Assembly: GCA_947164795.1 (NCBI GenBank)
Contig: CAMUXV010000002.1
Coordinates: 156 to 64,155 of the forward strand
Direction: 5' to 3'
From: an uncultured Bacillales bacterium
Lineage (GTDB): Bacteria; Bacillota_I; Bacilli_A; RF39; UBA660
Length of the DNA stretch: 64,000 bases
Made by a program: the position numbers and the translations under genes. The notes under the pieces are model-generated. The model saw only the letters and a program-made list of their open reading frames with translations. It did no database searches and was not told the DNA's origin. Every line of letters begins with the position of its first letter. Positions within the stretch are counted from its first letter, which is position 1. Of the stretch, positions 31,152 to 39,552 are shown piece by piece.

Positions 31152-32567
31152 ATGAATTTAAAAGATAGTATACATTATATATTAAATAAAATAAATAATA
31201 ATGAAGAATTAGCCGTAATTTTTAAATTATATAAAGAAGAACAAGGCTCTATTGCCTATATACCAATAGGCATTATATCAGGTAAATTAGATACCGACAA
31301 TTTAACTTTTACAAGTAATAATAAAACATTCAATCACCTAATAAAAGGACCTAAAGATTATGGCTTTGCCTTCTCTAAAACATTAACTGATACAGTTAGA
31401 AATAATAAGTTTATACCAAAAATAATACAAGAAAGACAAATGTTAAAATCACTTAGTAGCTTCTATTACATATATGCTAAAGATCAGCATAAAAATCCTG
31501 TAGTAGGAGTTCAATCTATTGATGATGCATCAAATATAGATATTCTATATGAAGAAGAATTATTAAATTATTATTTAAGGAAATTTCCATCAGCTAAAGA
31601 AATAATAGAATTATTAAAAAGAGCTAGTGGGCAGTTAAATTTAGATATAAAAGAAATATCAAAATCATTAGAAGAAAACTATAGTAACAAAGAACAATCT
31701 AAACAAATATTAACTGCCATATGGAAACACTATCATAGTGATAGTTCCTATAATATTTTTATTAATGGTAGTGAAATAACTCCAAAAAGAGAGATAATAA
31801 AAAGTATTTGTGATAAAGCCAATATTCCATACTACTATTTTAGTACAGTAGAAAAATATGAAATTACTGATATTGATACTATGTTAAAAAAACTAATAAA
31901 ACAAAGTGATAATAATCTTGAACTAGCAGAAAACACCATTCTAGTAATAGATAATATTGATAAACTAGCATTAACGGATTTAAGCTCTGATTCATTTGCC
32001 AATGCTCAATTAAATTTAGCTAAAATACTAAGAGGGGAAACAATTAAATTAAGATATAATAAACATAAAAAGGTACAATTTGATACCAGTAAAATGATGA
32101 TAATAGGTATGGGTAATTATGAAGATGAAGAGCTAAAAGACATAAAGATAAATGGTTTTACTTCAAAAAAAGACACAAGAAAAGATAGTAAAGAAAAATA
32201 TAAACCTGGAATGCTAGAAGGCTTATTTGATAACTTTAAAATGATTATACAAATGGATAACCCTAATTTACAAGATTATCAAAATTATCTTACTAATAGA
32301 GAAAACGCTGGCATTATAAATAATATAAATTTCTTTAATAATCTTAATATAAAATTAACTATTTCTGATGATGTAATAAATAAATTAGCAAATTATGCAT
32401 ATGAAAATAAAATGTCTTTATCAGATTTAAGAGAAACTATTGAAAATATGCTATCTATACCTTCGTTTGAAATAGCTAAAAACCCTAATATGTATGATGA
32501 ACTAGTAGTTACTTCTGATACAATTCTTGATAATAAGAAATACATCCTTAAAAGGAAGAAAAACTAA
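31152..32567 (+). CDS. ClpX-derived AAA+-like protein with degenerate catalytic motifs and a novel ~165-aa N-terminal domain (471 aa)
   Basis: Collinear with ClpX from aa ~175: EQSKQILTAIWKHYH / NIFINGSEITPKREIIKSICDKANIPYYYFS / ILVIDNIDKLA / ANAQLNLAKILRGETIKL / VQFDTSKMMIIGMGNY / FNNLNIKLTISDDVINKLANYAYENKMSLSDLRETIENML. Walker A, Walker B, pore loop and R-finger positions are all substituted. GGGGGT RBS 18 nt after asnS. Confidence 0.6.
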   Translation: MNLKDSIHYILNKINNNEELAVIFKLYKEEQGSIAYIPIGIISGKLDTDNLTFTSNNKTFNHLIKGPKDYGFAFSKTLTDTVRNNKFIPKIIQERQMLKSLSSFYYIYAKDQHKNPVVGVQSIDDASNIDILYEEELLNYYLRKFPSAKEIIELLKRASGQLNLDIKEISKSLEENYSNKEQSKQILTAIWKHYHSDSSYNIFINGSEITPKREIIKSICDKANIPYYYFSTVEKYEITDIDTMLKKLIKQSDNNLELAENTILVIDNIDKLALTDLSSDSFANAQLNLAKILRGETIKLRYNKHKKVQFDTSKMMIIGMGNYEDEELKDIKINGFTSKKDTRKDSKEKYKPGMLEGLFDNFKMIIQMDNPNLQDYQNYLTNRENAGIINNINFFNNLNIKLTISDDVINKLANYAYENKMSLSDLRETIENMLSIPSFEIAKNPNMYDELVVTSDTILDNKKYILKRKKN

Positions 32568-32663
32568 TATATATACCATACTATAAAGAAGATATAAGAC
32601 AGCTTTCAGATATTAGGTTACAAGAAACTAGAAATATAAAAATGTAAAGTTATGTCAAAATGC

Positions 32664-32692
32664 TTGAAGAATTAATACTACTATGATATAAT
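32664..32692 (+). promoter_or_regulatory. Strong sigma-A promoter driving the 6S-like RNA
   Basis: TTGAAG (32664-32669), 17 nt, extended -10 TGATATAAT (32684-32692). Confidence 0.6.
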
Positions 32693-32698
32693 TAAAAT

Positions 32699-32881
32699 AC
32701 CTAGAGGATACGACATCTTTTGTATAAAACCGACTAAAGATATTAAACGGGGAACTAATATGATTTATGTGTTGAAAGCCTATCTATGAATAGGAATCCT
32801 GATTAAATTATTGTGTTCACCCACCTGTGACATTCGCCGCGGGTTTTATCTTACAGATTCGGTCCATCTGGGTCTTTTTTT
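32699..32881 (+). ncRNA. ssrS: Candidate 6S RNA (~183 nt rod-shaped RNA with a central bubble)
   Basis: No ORF. The 5' end ACCTAGAGGAT pairs with the 3' end GTCCATCTGGGT. ATAAAACC (32724-31) pairs with GGTTTTAT (32842-49). There is a ~17/18-nt asymmetric internal bubble. GGGGAAC (32749-55) pairs with GTTCACCC (32815-22). Apical hairpin CCTAT-CTATGA-ATAGG, then a terminal T7 run. Lies between the aaRS genes and tcdA, where I recall B. subtilis bsrA (6S-1) sits (aspS-yrvM). Confidence 0.6.
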
Positions 32882-32931
32882 ATTGATTAATATTATAAAA
32901 TTTAGTACAATAATTATGGAGTGTGATTTAT

Positions 32932-33450
32932 ATGAAAGAAATAAAAACAACTACTGAATATACTGATGATAAAATAAAAAAATTCCTAAAAATATATTAT
33001 TTTGATAAAATTAAAAATAAGAGAATAGTATTAAATATCTTAATACTAGTGATTATATTTAATTTCTTTACTAAATATGATAATGAAAGAAGTACTATTG
33101 ATATAATTGCCTTTGTATTTGCTTTAATTGGATTATTAGAATTAAATACATCTATCTTACCTAGATTTAATTATAATAAGTTAAAAAGAAAGAAAGATAA
33201 TATTATTGGTACTAAGGTTTTTTATACTTTAAAAAAGAATAATTTTAAATTAACTACTGAAAAAGATGAATATATAGATTATGATAAACTAAAAAAAGTA
33301 ATTGAAACAGATACAGATTATTATTTATATATTAATAGTTCTAGAAGTTTAATACTTGGAAAAGATAATTTATCAGAAGAAGATATTGATATTCTTACTA
33401 ATATATTTAAAGAAAAAGTATCCACTTATATAAGAAAGAAAAATGTTTGA
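32932..33450 (+). CDS. Hypothetical membrane protein (two TM helices; YcxB-like architecture)
   Basis: ATG at 32932 follows GGAG. Hydrophobic segments IVLNILILVIIFNFF and IIAFVFALIGLLEL. Confidence 0.5.
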   Translation: MKEIKTTTEYTDDKIKKFLKIYYFDKIKNKRIVLNILILVIIFNFFTKYDNERSTIDIIAFVFALIGLLELNTSILPRFNYNKLKRKKDNIIGTKVFYTLKKNNFKLTTEKDEYIDYDKLKKVIETDTDYYLYINSSRSLILGKDNLSEEDIDILTNIFKEKVSTYIRKKNV

Positions 33451-34120
33451 TCGTACTATAAAACTAATAGGTAATGATAATTATTTAAAACTTAAAAACT
33501 CTAATATATTAATAATAGGTTTAGGTGGAGTAGGTGGATATGCTCTAGAAGCACTAATAAGAAGCGGTATTGAAAATATAACAATTGTAGATTATGATAA
33601 AATAGATATAACTAACTTAAATAGGCAAATAATCAGTAATAGTTATAATATAGGTAACTTAAAGACTGAAGAATGGAAAAAAAGAATATTATCCATTAAT
33701 AGTAATGTAAAAGTAAAAGTTATCAATGAAAAAATAGAAGAAAGAAATATAGATAAATTATTTGAAGAACAATATGATTTTATAATAGATGCCTGTGATA
33801 CAATGATAGTAAAGAAATTACTAATAAAAAATTGTTGTGAAAAAAATATCAATTTAATTACTGTATGTGGGATGGGAAGAAAATTAAATCCTAAAATGAT
33901 AGAAGTAATTCCTTTATCAAAGACTAGTTATGACCCAATAGCTAAAACGCTTAGAAAATATGTTAAAGATGAAAAAATTAAAGGTAAAATAATGTGTATC
34001 TGTTCTAAAGAAGAACCTATTATTAGTGATAATAGTATTATTGCTTCAATGACTATTGTGCCTAGTACTGCTGGTATACTAGCAGCAGATTATGTTATTA
34101 AAAGCATTATTAATATGTAA
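33443..34120 (+). CDS. tcdA: tRNA threonylcarbamoyladenosine dehydratase (ThiF/E1-like; TcdA/YrvM)
   Basis: Rossmann motif IIGLGGVGGYALEALIRSGIENITIVDYDKIDITNLNRQ. 225 aa. Confidence 0.8.
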   Translation: MFDRTIKLIGNDNYLKLKNSNILIIGLGGVGGYALEALIRSGIENITIVDYDKIDITNLNRQIISNSYNIGNLKTEEWKKRILSINSNVKVKVINEKIEERNIDKLFEEQYDFIIDACDTMIVKKLLIKNCCEKNINLITVCGMGRKLNPKMIEVIPLSKTSYDPIAKTLRKYVKDEKIKGKIMCICSKEEPIISDNSIIASMTIVPSTAGILAADYVIKSIINM

Positions 34121-34122
34121 AA

Positions 34123-34148
34123 AGACAAGTATAAAATTATACTTGTCT
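34123..34148. terminator. Bidirectional terminator between tcdA and rarA
   Basis: AGACAAGTATAA-AA-TTATACTTGTCT is a perfect 12-bp stem. Confidence 0.7.
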
Positions 34149-35359
34149 TATAATTTTTCTAGTTTATCCATAATATCTTTTAATACTTTCTCATTTTTAT
34201 TATCTTTAGGATGATAATACTTAGCATTAATTAAATTATCAGGCAGATACTGCTGTCTAACATAATCATTTTTATAATTATGTGGATATTTATAATCAGA
34301 AGAAGGATTGCACAAATGCTTAGGTACATCACCAATATTACCACTTCTTACATCATTTAATGCTTGATCTATTGCAGCTTCTGCACTATTACTTTTAGGG
34401 GATAATGCCATTTCAATTACTATTTCCGATAGAGGTATTCGAGCTTCTGGTAGTCCAAGTCTAAGTGCACTATTAATCGCAGCATCTACTTTAGGACCAA
34501 TACTAGGGTTTGCTAGTCCTATATCTTCATAAGCAATGACTGATAATCTTCTTACTATAATATCAATATCTTCGGTATCGATAAGTCTAGCAAGATAGTG
34601 TAACGAAGCATTAACGTCACTTCCTCTTATTGATTTTTGAAAAGCAGATATAACATTATAATATCCATCACCATTTTTATCATGAAAATTATTAGGTCTT
34701 GAATTAACTTTCTTTAATATATCAATAGTAATCGCTTTATCTTCACTCGAGTAATAAGCAATTTCTAATAAGTTATAAACATATCTTAAATCACTACCAC
34801 CTAATTTAGCTAAGTATTCTTTAGCTTTTTTATCTATCTTTAATCCCTCTAAATAACCAGATTTAATGGCTTTATCTATTCCTTTAATAATGTCATCAGA
34901 AGTTAAATCTTTTACTTCAAATAATTGACATCTACTTCTTATTGCTGGATTAATAGCATGATATGGATTAGCAGTAGTCATACCAATTAAAGTAATAATA
35001 CCAGACTCTAAATATGGAAGTAAAATATCTTGTTTATCTTTATTTAGTCTATGTATTTCATCCACTATTACGATTAGACCATTATATAGTTTAGCTTCTT
35101 CAATTACAACATCAAAGTCTTTTTTATTATTTATAACGGCATTTAAACTACGATATCTCATATCAAGATCTCCTGCAATTGCAGTAGCTATACTAGTCTT
35201 ACCAGTACCAGGGTGACCATATAATATCATCGAAAATAATTTCTTATTTTTAACTAAATTACTAATAACTTTACCTTCACCAACTAAATGTTCTTGGCCT
35301 ATAATATCAGATAGTTTTTTGGGTCTAAGTTTTACAGATAATAATTCTTCCATATTCAT
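34148..35359 (-). CDS. rarA: Replication-associated recombination protein A (MgsA/RarA AAA+ ATPase)
   Basis: LRPKKLSDIIGQEHL, Walker A GHPGTGKTS, Walker B VDEIHRLNK, and C-terminal MgsA domain ...ISAFQKSIRGSDVNASLHYLARL. Confidence 0.9.
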   Translation of the reverse strand: MNMEELLSVKLRPKKLSDIIGQEHLVGEGKVISNLVKNKKLFSMILYGHPGTGKTSIATAIAGDLDMRYRSLNAVINNKKDFDVVIEEAKLYNGLIVIVDEIHRLNKDKQDILLPYLESGIITLIGMTTANPYHAINPAIRSRCQLFEVKDLTSDDIIKGIDKAIKSGYLEGLKIDKKAKEYLAKLGGSDLRYVYNLLEIAYYSSEDKAITIDILKKVNSRPNNFHDKNGDGYYNVISAFQKSIRGSDVNASLHYLARLIDTEDIDIIVRRLSVIAYEDIGLANPSIGPKVDAAINSALRLGLPEARIPLSEIVIEMALSPKSNSAEAAIDQALNDVRSGNIGDVPKHLCNPSSDYKYPHNYKNDYVRQQYLPDNLINAKYYHPKDNKNEKVLKDIMDKLEKL

Positions 35360-35410
35360 CTTCCTTTTCTTATTTATTATATCTTAGATTGTAAAAGAGT
35401 GTCAAGAATA

Positions 35411-35439
35411 TTGAAGAATAAACGATTCTTTGATATAAT
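35411..35439 (+). promoter_or_regulatory. Sigma-A-type promoter for the 35463-36972 gene pair
   Basis: TTGAAG, 17 nt, extended -10 TGATATAAT. Confidence 0.55.
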
Positions 35440-35462
35440 GAAAGAGAGTAGGAGTGATAATT

Positions 35463-35636
35463 ATGAAAGTAAAGTTAAAAGAAGGAAACGCATATATTGA
35501 AGTTGATACTGAATTGTCAGATGAAATAATAGATACTTTTGAAAAAGAAGTAAATGTAAAAAGAGATGAAGATTTAGAAAAAACAATAGAAATAAAATTA
35601 AATACGGAGAAAAATAATGAGACAGATGGAAATTGA
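35463..35636 (+). CDS. Small acidic hypothetical protein (57 aa)
   Basis: ATG sits 9 nt after GTAGGAG. Overlaps the next ORF by 20 nt. E/D-rich. Confidence 0.4.
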   Translation: MKVKLKEGNAYIEVDTELSDEIIDTFEKEVNVKRDEDLEKTIEIKLNTEKNNETDGN

Positions 35637-36972
35637 AAAAGTATTAAAAGATTTATATGAAAGTAACATTAATTTGAAACAATATGGAACGAAACTAACT
35701 GAAAAAATGATTTATCATTATTTGACAAAATTAGGTTTGCCAGAAAAAGAAAGAAATGAAAGAATAAATAACAATTTCCCCGATTGGATTGAAACCTTTA
35801 AAAATTTTCCTAATATAGAAGTATTTAATTCTCGTGATTGGAAATATTTTTGTCAATTTATAAATGGACATGTCGAACCTGAATGCATTAAAATGTATGT
35901 ATCCCTAGATAGTTCTCATATTAATAAAGGAGCAAAAATTATATTTAGTTTTTTAGCAAATAATAATATTTCCCATCTTTCAAAAATCGGAAGTGATGTC
36001 AGGACAGATGATATTGTAATAAGATTAACTAATGAAGATGATGCAAGAAAATTAAGTGATTTTATTTCTAATAGCAAATATATTCAAGATGGCATGCAGA
36101 AAGTAAATCCATTTTGTTTTGAACATAACGGTATAGGATATGCTTATGATGGCCATTTATCATATAATTCTTGTGTTTCTAAAATAATTGCAGATTATAT
36201 AAATAGAATGTATGAACTTGGAAAAGATAAAAATGAAATTAATATAAATAGTTTTTATCAATTTGTTGATGCATATTCACAAATTCCAGAAAAGCAAAAC
36301 GAACTTCCTTTTGTAAATGGAGACTATGAAAAAATAACCGAAGCTTCACTAGTGTTAGAACTTCTAAAAATTTCTCTAACTTCAAATAATATCAATGACT
36401 TCTTTAAATTTTATAATTATACTGTTAATAATAAAATGCAAAACAAATATAGAGCTAATTCTGAGGACAAAGAAGAATTATTTAAAGAGGCAATATTGAC
36501 AACGATGAAAAAATATTCACGAGGGTTCGATAAAAATTATCCAGAAAGATCGGGATATGATTTTTTGAATGCTTTTCTTGATGGAAATATCGATGGTATA
36601 ACTAGAGATAATAATTTAAGAAATAGAATAAGAGAAAATCTTTCATTAGAAGACACTTTATTAATAGCAAAAAAAAGCGAAATACCTGGTAAATCAAATA
36701 GAGATATTGTAATGAATTATGTCAAAACTGTTATGTTAAATGAAATAGTTAAATGTTCAGAAGAAAAATTTCCGGGATATGGAATTGCACAATTGCAAGA
36801 ATATTTAATAACAGGTCAATTAAAATACATTACCGAAAGTTTAGGCAATGCTAGAACAATTGCAAAAAATTTAAATCCAACAGAAATTTATAATTTGTTT
36901 GCTGAACTTGGTGTTAGTGATATATATCAATATATTGATTATTTTTATAAAAATAATAATAAAGTTAAATAA
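35617..36972 (+). CDS. Hypothetical protein (451 aa). Central region is reminiscent of the HopA1 / LanKC-N-terminal-like family.
   Basis: Pattern IKMYVSLDSS...AKIIFSFLANNNISHLSKIGSDVRTDDIVIRL...VNPFCFEHNGIGYAYDGHLSYNS resembles, from memory, the K-x-Y-[VI]...K....R.D..V.[YL] signature of that family. Unverified. Confidence 0.55.
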   Translation: MRQMEIEKVLKDLYESNINLKQYGTKLTEKMIYHYLTKLGLPEKERNERINNNFPDWIETFKNFPNIEVFNSRDWKYFCQFINGHVEPECIKMYVSLDSSHINKGAKIIFSFLANNNISHLSKIGSDVRTDDIVIRLTNEDDARKLSDFISNSKYIQDGMQKVNPFCFEHNGIGYAYDGHLSYNSCVSKIIADYINRMYELGKDKNEININSFYQFVDAYSQIPEKQNELPFVNGDYEKITEASLVLELLKISLTSNNINDFFKFYNYTVNNKMQNKYRANSEDKEELFKEAILTTMKKYSRGFDKNYPERSGYDFLNAFLDGNIDGITRDNNLRNRIRENLSLEDTLLIAKKSEIPGKSNRDIVMNYVKTVMLNEIVKCSEEKFPGYGIAQLQEYLITGQLKYITESLGNARTIAKNLNPTEIYNLFAELGVSDIYQYIDYFYKNNNKVK

Positions 36973-36984
36973 TTAGGAGGAAAT

Positions 36985-37905
36985 ATGCAAACAGTAAATA
37001 CAGTAAAATTGAGTGTTAAAAATAGAGAAATATTAGATAATTTTCAAATGTATTTAATAACTGTAAAGCATATGAATGATGAATCTTCCTCATATTCATA
37101 TACAGATGATATTTATAAATATTTAGAATATTTGGAAAAATGTAATATAAAAGATACCACTAATATTAATGAAAAAGATATAATAAATTATTTGAAATAT
37201 TTAGATGATAATAATTATGAAACATCTTCTATGGCTCGAAAAATAGTTTCCATTAAATCATTTCATTCATTTTTAGAGGAAACATATCATATACAAGATA
37301 TATCACTAAAAATAAATAGCCCAAAATTCTATCGTAAATTACCTGACATACTAAGTATTGAAGAAGTAGATATTCTTCTTGATATCAAAACGGAAAATGC
37401 CTATGATTACCGAAATAAAGCTATGTTAGAACTCATGTATTCATCAGGACTTAGAGTAAGTGAACTAGTAAGTTTAGATTTAAAGGATATTGATTTAGAA
37501 AACAAAATAGTAAGATGTATCGGTAAGGGAAAAAAAGAAAGAATAGTTCCTATTGGTGATTATGCATTAGATTATTTAAAAAAATATATTGAAGAATATA
37601 GACCATTATTAAAGAAAAAATATTATACTGAAAAATTATTTTTAAATAATCATGGTAAAGAAATAACTAGACAAGGATTCTTTCTAATAATTAAAAAAAT
37701 TGCCAAAGAAAAGAATATAGAAAAGAATATAACGCCACATATGCTAAGGCATTCCTTTGCTACTCATCTTTTAAATAATGGAGCAGATCTTCGTACAATA
37801 CAAGAGATGTTAGGACATTCTAATATTTCAACTACTCAAATATATACTAATTTAACAACAGATATATTAAAAGAAAACTATAAATTATATGAAAGAAGGG
37901 ATTAA
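36985..37905 (+). CDS. xerD: Tyrosine recombinase XerD/RipX-like
   Basis: Catalytic RHRY context: ...GLRVSELVSLDL..., HMLRHSFATHLLNNGADLRTIQEMLGHSNISTTQIYT. N-terminal SAM-like domain. Assigned XerD rather than XerC by the spoIIM/phosphomutase neighbourhood, as for B. subtilis ripX. Confidence 0.8.
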   Translation: MQTVNTVKLSVKNREILDNFQMYLITVKHMNDESSSYSYTDDIYKYLEYLEKCNIKDTTNINEKDIINYLKYLDDNNYETSSMARKIVSIKSFHSFLEETYHIQDISLKINSPKFYRKLPDILSIEEVDILLDIKTENAYDYRNKAMLELMYSSGLRVSELVSLDLKDIDLENKIVRCIGKGKKERIVPIGDYALDYLKKYIEEYRPLLKKKYYTEKLFLNNHGKEITRQGFFLIIKKIAKEKNIEKNITPHMLRHSFATHLLNNGADLRTIQEMLGHSNISTTQIYTNLTTDILKENYKLYERRD

Positions 37906-37906
37906 T

Positions 37907-39274
37907 ATGCAGCTTAATAAATTAATGTTTAGAGAATATGACATAAGAGGAATATGGCAAAAAGATATAAATGAAGAAATAGCATATCATATTGGTAGGG
38001 CGTATGCTACAAAACTACTAAGTTTTAATAAAAATAAAATGATCGTGGGTTATGATAATAGATTATCTTCTAAAGTAATCGAAGAAAACTTAGTAAAAGG
38101 ATTAACTGATGGAGGAGTTGATGTAGTTAGATTAGGTTTAGTTACTACTCCTATGTATTATTATGCTTGGGATGTTCTCAATATCAAATGTGGCATAATG
38201 ATAACAGCTTCACATAATCCCAAAGAGTATAATGGCTTTAAAATGAGTTATAATGGCATTCATAACTGTTTTGGTAAAGATGTAAGTGATTTATACTATG
38301 TAATAATAAATGGCATCTACAGCGAAGGAAATGGCGCTATAGAAGAATACAATATTAGAGAAGATTATATTAAAATGATACATAATCATATTAATATGGG
38401 AAATAATAAATTAAAAGTAGTATATGATTGCGGTAATGGAACTACCAGCATAATAGCTAAAGATATTTTCGTATCAAATGATAAAATTCAATATATACCA
38501 TTATATGCAGATTCAGATGGAACATTTCCAAATCATCATCCAGATCCTGCTGTTGAAGAAAATCTAAAACAGTTAAAAGAAAAAGTACTAGAAGTACATG
38601 CTGATTGCGGTATCGCCTTTGATGGAGATGGGGATAGGATAGGGGTAGTCGACAATTTAGGAAAGATGATTCCAATAGATCAATTTATGATTATTATATG
38701 GAGAGATATTTATAATAAAGTAAAAATTAAAAAAGGGTTTTACGATATAAAATGTTCAAATGCATTACGAGATGAATTAGTAAAATTAGATATTGAACCA
38801 ATTGAAACCAGAAGTGGAAATTCTTATACTAAACTAATTTCCTATGAAAACAATTATCCATTTGGTGGGGAATTATCTGGCCACCTATATTTTAGAGATA
38901 GATTCATCGGTACAGATGATGGCATATATGCAGGTCTTAGAATGGTAGAATTATTATCTAGAGTCAATAAAAAAGCATCAGAATTATTAGATGGAATAAA
39001 TAAATACTATTCTACACCTGAAGGTAAAATAGAAGTATCAGATACTAAAAAAGAACAAATAGTAAGTAGAGTAGAGGAGTACTGTATAAATAAAGCATAT
39101 ACCTACTCTAAAATAGACGGAATTAAAATATTATATGAAGATGGATTTGCTTTAATAAGAAAATCAAATACATCTCCTAATATTACATTTAGGTATGAAG
39201 CAAAAACTAAAGAACGATTAGATGAATTAAAAGCAGAATATAATGCATTACTAAATAAATTAAAAGAAGAGTAG
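37907..39274 (+). CDS. Phosphoglucomutase/phosphomannomutase-family alpha-D-phosphohexomutase
   Basis: FREYDIRG, active-site TASHNPKEYNGFK, metal loop FDGDGDR, sugar loop GGELSGH. ATG at 37907 follows AAGAAGGGA. Confidence 0.85.
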   Translation: MQLNKLMFREYDIRGIWQKDINEEIAYHIGRAYATKLLSFNKNKMIVGYDNRLSSKVIEENLVKGLTDGGVDVVRLGLVTTPMYYYAWDVLNIKCGIMITASHNPKEYNGFKMSYNGIHNCFGKDVSDLYYVIINGIYSEGNGAIEEYNIREDYIKMIHNHINMGNNKLKVVYDCGNGTTSIIAKDIFVSNDKIQYIPLYADSDGTFPNHHPDPAVEENLKQLKEKVLEVHADCGIAFDGDGDRIGVVDNLGKMIPIDQFMIIIWRDIYNKVKIKKGFYDIKCSNALRDELVKLDIEPIETRSGNSYTKLISYENNYPFGGELSGHLYFRDRFIGTDDGIYAGLRMVELLSRVNKKASELLDGINKYYSTPEGKIEVSDTKKEQIVSRVEEYCINKAYTYSKIDGIKILYEDGFALIRKSNTSPNITFRYEAKTKERLDELKAEYNALLNKLKEE

Positions 39275-39290
39275 GGAGTACCCTACTTTT
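39271..39290. terminator. Bidirectional terminator between the convergent phosphomutase gene and the small ORF
   Basis: GTAGGG-AGTA-CCCTAC followed by TTTT. Confidence 0.7.
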
Positions 39291-39294
39291 CATT

Positions 39295-39459
39295 TTAGTG
39301 GCAATTATTATTGTTTTGAGAACTACGATTATTACTCTTACTACTAGAGTTCATTGAACTAGTTTGATTACTAGATTCTAAATTATCAAAATTTCTATTA
39401 TTATTATTTTGATTAGATTTAGAATTCATGTTTGAATTCATTTCATTTCTTTTACTCAT
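39295..39459 (-). CDS. Small Asn/Ser-rich hydrophilic protein (54 aa; below the ORF-track cutoff)
   Basis: Minus-strand ATG at 39459 is preceded by GGAGGT with 8-nt spacing. Translates to MSKRNEMNSNMNSKSNQNNNNRNFDNLESSNQTSSMNSSSKSNNRSSQNNNNCH*. Confidence 0.45.
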   Translation of the reverse strand: MSKRNEMNSNMNSKSNQNNNNRNFDNLESSNQTSSMNSSSKSNNRSSQNNNNCH

Positions 39460-39552
39460 TTTAATTACCTCCATTAATATTATTAACTAACTATTTAATT
39501 ATATACGATAGAAGGTATAGTAAATATTTACCATTATTACATTCTATTTAGA

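Noticed and set aside
32699-32881. Alternative readings of the structured RNA: a riboswitch or T-box leader for the downstream membrane-protein gene, tmRNA, or SRP RNA.
   Set aside because: It has no T-box, B12-box, tmRNA tag/ACCA-end or SRP domain-IV motifs. It has its own promoter, a closing stem joining the 5' and 3' ends, and a terminal T-run 50 nt before the next RBS. This favours an independent 6S-like sRNA.
36985-37905. The tyrosine recombinase could mark an integrated mobile element or prophage.
   Set aside because: There are no phage, transposon or conjugation genes, attachment-site repeats or compositional break nearby. The sequence and neighbourhood fit chromosomal XerD/RipX, and a dif-like site lies close by.
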